Shown here: positions 58,243-64,000 of the stretch, one piece after another
How positions within the stretch are numbered: the first letter of the stretch is position 1
Layout of the letters: each line of letters opens with the position of its first letter
Assembly (NCBI GenBank): GCA_964016885.1
Contig: OZ024740.1
Span: forward strand, 343,480,001 to 343,544,000
From: Eledone cirrhosa
Lineage: Eukaryota
Direction: 5' to 3'
DNA length: 64,000 bases
Notes under the pieces: model-generated
Seen by the model: only the letters and a program-made list of their open reading frames with translations
Databases searched by the model: none
What the model was told of the DNA's origin: nothing
Made by a program: the position numbers and the translations under genes

Positions 58243-58430
58243 ATAATTGTTTCTACATTTGGCACAAGGCCAGCAATTTTCGAGTACATTACTGGTACTT
58301 TATTTTATCGACGCCGTAAGGATGAAAGGCAAAGTTAACATCGGTAGGATTTGAACTCAGTCTGTAAAGGGACGTAACTATGCTAGAAAGCATGGCGTCC
58401 GACCCTCTACTCATACTGCTAATCCACCCA
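58243..58430 (-). mobile_element. tRNA-derived SINE (dominant family)
   Basis: Reverse complement of the SINE consensus. Confidence 0.88.
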
Positions 58431-58473
58431 GCCTCAATAATATAAATGAAAAATATCTTTATAAAACCCTATT

Positions 58474-58534
58474 TATTTTATTATACATATTTCAAGGGTA
58501 CCAGTATTTTGGTACGCTTTCGTCAGATAAAATA
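58474..58534 (-). ncRNA. type I hammerhead ribozyme
   Basis: UAUUUUAU CUGACGA AAG-C-GUACCA AAAUAC UGGUAC-C-CUU GAAA UAUGUA UA / AUAAAAUA. 8-bp stem I, 9-bp stem II, AUA triplet. Confidence 0.82.
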
Positions 58535-58625
58535 CAATATTTGGTTTAAAGATAGTGACATATCAACATATGAACTTAATATTATGAGTTCAATGCAGAT
58601 AGAGAATAAATATTCAAAACTCTGG

Positions 58626-58700
<75 letters not shown>

Positions 58701-59365
58701 CATGGTCAGAAAAAGAGAGCGAGGGGGAGAGGGAGAAGTGATGGCGACGACGATGATGAGGAATACAGGGGTGTTACAGATAGAGATCATACTAATGATG
58801 AAGACAATGATATAATTAAAAAAAATATATTTTACGCAAACTTCAAATTGTGTTATAGCATATTATTGTTAGAAGCACTAAGCAAAGAACCAATAATAGG
58901 ATTAGAAAACACTTGCGATAATGAGTGTTATAGTGTTAATGACAATCAAGATAACGTACCAAACAGGCCACTAAACGCAACATCGGAAACGTTTGAATCA
59001 AAGAAGACAAATTAAGACATCTAATTATGAAGAGACACGAATTAGGTGAAGCAGATTTGGTAGTTTGCTGATACCATTCTGTACATTTTATCTCTCTTCC
59101 AACCTGTACAGAAAAGATCAGCTCGTTATTTCCCCCATACCTTATTTCCTTTCTTTCGAAGAAGGGCTACTAACTTCGAAATAACAATTTATATTTTACC
59201 CCATCTTCCCTTTTGACTCCTACATTTCTAGCTTGCATTGTTCTAGCTTTCATAAAATAATTTAGCCACTTATTTCCTAATGCTTCAACACACAGAAGCA
59301 CACAAACGCACGCGCGCAAACACACATACACGTACACACACACACACACGCATACACACACGAAC

Positions 59366-59498
<133 letters not shown>

Positions 59499-60103
59499 TA
59501 TTGGGAAGGCGCGTAATTTACATATATACGTACATGCGTTACATACAAACATACATGATGGCTGCCTCTCGTTATCGAGTATGGCCATTGCACGATATAC
59601 CATTATTAATAATTATTAATTAATTCTATCGTGCAATGCCTGTGCGTGAAGATTTTTTTAAAGTGAGGAAAGACTGTGCACTGAGCCAATCCTACTCTCT
59701 GAGCGACAGTAGCTATGACGCGAAAAGAAGAAAAGATCAACATCATCGGTAACTACTGAGCCGCAGGTTTTATATCGGAGTTATCCCAGTTTCCTAAGTT
59801 GTCTTCTAGAAGAATGCCCTGACAAAGGCTAGGGGTCCTTCACTCCCAGTGGTTTAACCGCGCGATCGGGTGTCCAGCCCGACTATTTCTACGTCCCCGC
59901 GCATATACATACACATGCACCCATGTATATACAAATATACATATACATACATATGTACATGTGTGTATACATATTTACATACTTTTTGGATGGCCGTTGA
60001 CTCTTATAAGTTCTTCCGCCCTTTGTCAGGTTTTATCTTTTGTCCTGCAAGGTGTCCAAAATCACCATCCTCACCAAGGTTGCCGGTTTAGTCGTCGACG
60101 ACC

Positions 60104-60265
60104 CGATTGTGAAGTTATGAGTTCAAGAACCGAAGTCATCGTCGGAACCAATGAACTTCCAACCTAACATGTATGTACATACATACATATATACATACAT
60201 ATTAGGTTGGAACTTCATTGGTTCCGACGATGAATTCGGTTCTTGAACTCATAACTTCACAATCG
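60104..60265. repeat. 64-bp inverted repeat (2 mismatches) around a 34-nt TA/CA spacer
   Basis: 60104-60167 pairs with 60202-60265. The inner ends read TTAGGTTGG. Confidence 0.9.
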
Positions 60266-60804
60266 TTCGAGAACCACCAATATGTATATATAAATGTGTG
60301 TGTATTTTTAAAGGATCTTCACTTTATATGCTATTTTATAAAATCTCTAGGCATGAGCACATCATTCTTTCTAATGAATTTTATCTTCCCAGCGCTCTGT
60401 AAAAGTCCGAGAAATCGGCTATGTATACACAATATTTTTTTACTACGATGTTTGGTGATATCTAAAAGCTGTGACTATGCTATTTAATTTAAGCCTATAC
60501 CAGTTGTACTAAAATACTGTACTTGGCTTAATGGTCTAATACACCTAGCCGGTATCTGCGAGATGTAGGGTTCAATTCCTTATAGCGTCATTTGACAGTT
60601 TCCTTTTTCATCTTTAAAAGGGGGTCTTAACACTATTTTATAAGCTATTTTATAGCATGTCCGCGCATGATCACAGGACTACTGTCCGAAACGTTTAGAC
60701 CCTCTTCCTACCATTTCAAGCGTTAAACTAATGTATTCCTTCCATACACTGTTGTTATTTCTGTTTACCTTTTACATACATACACACACAGACACACATA
60801 TATG

Positions 60805-60894
<90 letters not shown>

Positions 60895-62082
60895 CTAGCA
60901 GTAAAGCCCGGCGTTGCTCGGGGTCGCTCAGTAGGTGTGTTAAAGTTACAATGTTAAGTTTCTTTTTTGGCTTAAAAACTGTAGTGTCTACTGTGCAGAC
61001 TTGCATGTGGTGTTTTTGATTAATATTCCCTCAACCAACAATATGCCTTATGAAGTTAAGAAAACATAACGATAACACGAATGTTATAACAAAAGAGGAT
61101 GCTGGGGATAGAAACTGCACTGGTTATTTATTAACAAAGATCGAAAATGTAAACACTGCAACGCAGAGAAAAACATTAGCGTAACCAAATTATCAGTTAC
61201 TAGCAGTAAAGCCCGGCGTTGCTCGGGGTCGCTCAGTAGCTGTGTTAAAGTTACAATGTTAAGTTTCTTTCTTGGCTTAAAAACTGTAGTGTCTACTGTG
61301 CAGACTTGCATGTGGTGTTTTTGATTAATATTCCCTCAACCAACAATATGCCTTATGAAGTTAAGAAAACATAACGATAACCCGAATGTTATAACAAAAG
61401 AGGATGCTGGGGATAGAAACTACACTGGTTATTTATTAACAAAGATCGAAAATGTAAACACTGCAACGCAGAGAAAAACATTAGCGTAACCAAATTATCA
61501 GTTATGTCTGTCTGCACGCCTATATCACCTCTCTGCACGACTATCTGTCTGCACGCCTATATCACCTCTCTGCACGACTGTCTGTCTGCACGCCTATATC
61601 ACCTCTCTGCACGACTGTCTGTCTGCACGCGTATATCACCTCTCTGCACGACTGTCTGTCTGCACGCCTAACGACGAAATATTTGCTTGTTTTACGTAGT
61701 CTTTAAATAGACTTGTTTTCAAGTAAAAATATTGTTTTAAAATGCTTTTAAATGGAAATGAAGCAAAACGGAAGCTTAGTGTTCGTGTATTGTGTTAATG
61801 TCATTTTAAACGCTGAGAAAGCCAGCGTAATTTTTTACGTAAGACGCTCAATGTAAACAGAACAAAGGGAAATAACTGATAACTTACGCTCAAAAATCGA
61901 TACATTATAATCGATTTCGTCACATAGGGTGGATCAATTTGAAATATTTTTTTTCCGATGTCTTCGCTAGGGCTCAATGTACAAGTATAGCAATTTCGGT
62001 GCAATTCCGTGAGAGATTCTAAGAGGAGATGTGTGCCAAAAATCGATAGACAGACAGACAACCACAGTTTTATATATATAGA
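60895..62082 (-). mobile_element. non-autonomous Helitron with duplicated 3' end and internal minisatellite
   Basis: Minus strand starts A|TCTATATATATAAAA..TGTCTGTCTGTC and ends with hairpin CCCGAGCAACGCCGGG + 8 nt + CTAG|T. The 305-bp 3' block is present twice (60895-61199, 61200-61504). Confidence 0.85.
61505..61669. repeat. 37-bp minisatellite, ~4.5 copies
   Basis: Tandem TGTCTGTCTGCACGCCTATATCACCTCTCTGCACGAC. Confidence 0.95.
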
Positions 62083-62847
62083 TAAAAGAAAATTTCGATC
62101 TATATTGCTGAATACAATAAATGTAATCTGAGTTTTTCGAATATTAATAATTGTTTCTACTTTGGGCACAAGGCCAACAATTACCCAGTACGTTACTGGT
62201 ACTTTATTTTATCGACCCCGTGAGGATGAAAGGCAAAGTTAACCTCGGCATATTAATAATAACATTCGATTCGTTTGAAATTATGCAAACAAGCCTCAAT
62301 TTTATAGCCATGTCAATTTTATAACCATGTCAGCCCTTCGGTTGGAGGGCGAACAGAACTGCAGACACTAATGTTTCTGGGTATCACCCTTCATCAGTAC
62401 AGATCACGGTTCACCTGCCAAACTGTCAGAGTTAGTGAAAATATATGGTATTTTCCAAAATAGACAGTGACTGATCGGCCTGATTTTCATATTAGCAGAC
62501 TGGCTGATCAGTCAGATCTGCATATTAGCAGATCCACTGATCAGCCAGATTTGCATAATAGCAGACTGGCCAGTCAATTTCCTGTATACGAGCGATAAAT
62601 GTCCGGCTTTGCCAAATTCAAATAAAAGAAAATTTCGCTCTACATGGCAGTATCAGTAGAGGGTCGGACGCCATGCTTTCCAGCATAGTTACGTCCCTTT
62701 ACGATCTGAGTTCAAATCCCGCCGAGGTTGACTTTGCCTTTCATCCTTACGGGGTCGATAAAATAAAGTACCAGTAATGCACTGGGTAATTGCTGGCCTT
62801 GTGCCTAAAGTAGAAACAATTATTAATATTCGAAAAACTCAGATTAC

Positions 62848-62852
<5 letters not shown>
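62083..62852. mobile_element. composite: tandem unit with HHR-like motif plus two inverted SINEs sharing the same flank
   Basis: Direct repeat TAAAAGAAAATTTCGNTCTA at 62083 and 62623. SINE (-) ~62152-62249 with TSD ATATTAATAAT; SINE (+) 62645-62820. HHR-like CUGAUGA AGGGUGAUACCCA GAAA CAUU at 62370-62397 (-). Confidence 0.7.
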
Positions 62853-62908
<56 letters not shown>

Positions 62909-62912
<4 letters not shown>

Positions 62913-63416
62913 TAAACGGAATAGAAAATGCTGACAATTGTTCACAGTTGAAAAATGGTTTAATTAGGAATAAAAGAGTATTAGTGATTGTATGGGTTAG
63001 TATTCAGTTGTGGTTTTAAGTTTTTAAGTTTTTACCGGTTGCGCATTTCTAAATGCTTTTCAAAAATAATTTTGAGATAGAGTGTCCGTGCTGTTTGCTC
63101 TGATCTGATTAGTTTTGGGAATTCTACCTGTTTTTATGTTAAAAAAGTGGCTCCAGCGTTATTTTTGTGTTGCAAAAATGCTTGTGGTCAAAACAATTTT
63201 GATTGGTCGGTAGAGGTCATGTGAATGTAAAAAGTTGATTTTGCTCCAAGACTGTTTTTATGTTAAAAAAGTGGCTCCAGCAAAAATTCTTGGTCAAAAC
63301 AATTTTGATTGGTCGGTAGAGGTCATGTGGATAAAAAATTGGTTTTGCGCCAAGATTGAGAAATACCATTTTTCAACTGTGAACAATTTGTCAGCATTTT
63401 CTATTCCGTTTACCAA
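62909..63416. mobile_element. MITE / non-autonomous DNA transposon with ~50-bp TIRs
   Basis: TTGGTAAACGGAATAGAAAATGCTGACAATTGTTCACAGTTGAAAAATGGT / ACCATTTTTCAACTGTGAACAATTTGTCAGCATTTTCTATTCCGTTTACCAA. Internal direct repeat at 63129-63222 and 63253-63329. Confidence 0.88.
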
Positions 63417-63451
63417 TATATAATAACTTGTGTGTTACACCTCTATTCTTT

Positions 63452-63509
<58 letters not shown>

Positions 63510-63515
<6 letters not shown>

Positions 63516-64000
63516 TATGTATGTATGTATGTATACGTACATACATATATGTATAAGGACGTACAGTAGTATGTATATATATACATACATGCACACATAT
63601 ATATATGCACGTATCGGTTTACCGAACATTTATTATAATGTTCGGTTTGTTTGTAAACAAACAGCCCGAATTACGCCGTACAGTGTTTAGACAACCACGT
63701 CACCTTTTTGTTCAACACTGACACAGGAACGATGTACTAGTTTCAAGCTTATTAGCTATCGTCAGCATCGTATACCTTCCTGCCAGATGGTTGAACGTCT
63801 GAAAGTATATACTCTCCTTATGCATATTAACGTCTGAGCAGCTAATTTGCATATCGAGTGAGTTTAGTCGACTGGGCGCACCGAAACCGATAAATGGAAT
63901 AGAATGAAACGAAATTTCGTTTCTCACTCTTAGTACGGCAGTTACTTAAATGTAAATATGTATGTATGTATACGTACATACATATATGTATACAGACGTA
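63510..64000 (-). mobile_element. non-coding head-to-tail repeat (437-bp period) with HHR; retrozyme/pLTR-like; runs off the window end
   Basis: GTATACGTACATACATATATGTATA at 63531 recurs at 63968. HHR at 63729-63771. Dispersed copy at 35857-36063. Confidence 0.8.
63729..63771 (-). ncRNA. minimal type I hammerhead ribozyme
   Basis: ACGAUG CUGACGA U-AGCU-AAUA-AGCU-U GAAA CUAG UA / CAUCGU. Palindromic stem III (ACUAGU), GUA triplet, 6-bp stem I extendable by GGA/UCC. Confidence 0.92.

Noticed and set aside
58446-59015. 189-aa ORF
   Set aside because: It is a chimera of an HHR island, microsatellites and AT-rich sequence, with no domain.

Overview
A 64-kb AT-rich, repeat-saturated eukaryotic region with no host protein-coding gene that I can support. 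The SINE type and the extreme density of (TA)n/(CA)n/(GA)n and trinucleotide microsatellites suggest an octopus or other coleoid genome (inference). Most ORFs in the track are translations of microsatellites. Recognisable content: (i) three 5'-truncated Penelope-like retroelements (PLEs) with C-terminal GIY-YIG endonuclease, two with inverted pseudo-LTR copies; (ii) RTE-type LINE fragments; (iii) a Gypsy-type LTR + tRNA-Trp PBS + gag relic; (iv) many copies of a tRNA-derived SINE, including a tandem array; (v) Tc1/mariner-type and other MITEs; (vi) non-autonomous Helitrons, one with a duplicated 3' end. The most striking signal is a dense set of type I hammerhead ribozyme (HHR) motifs read by eye. 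Seven loci have an intact CUGANGA/GAAA/UH core with pairing stems, and about ten more are degenerate. They belong to several unrelated sequence families and most sit in islands within (TA)n tracts. Some lie in non-coding head-to-tail repeat units of 437, 540 and 678 bp, resembling retrozymes or pLTR-only non-autonomous PLE derivatives. All structures and coordinates were determined by eye and may be off by a few bases.
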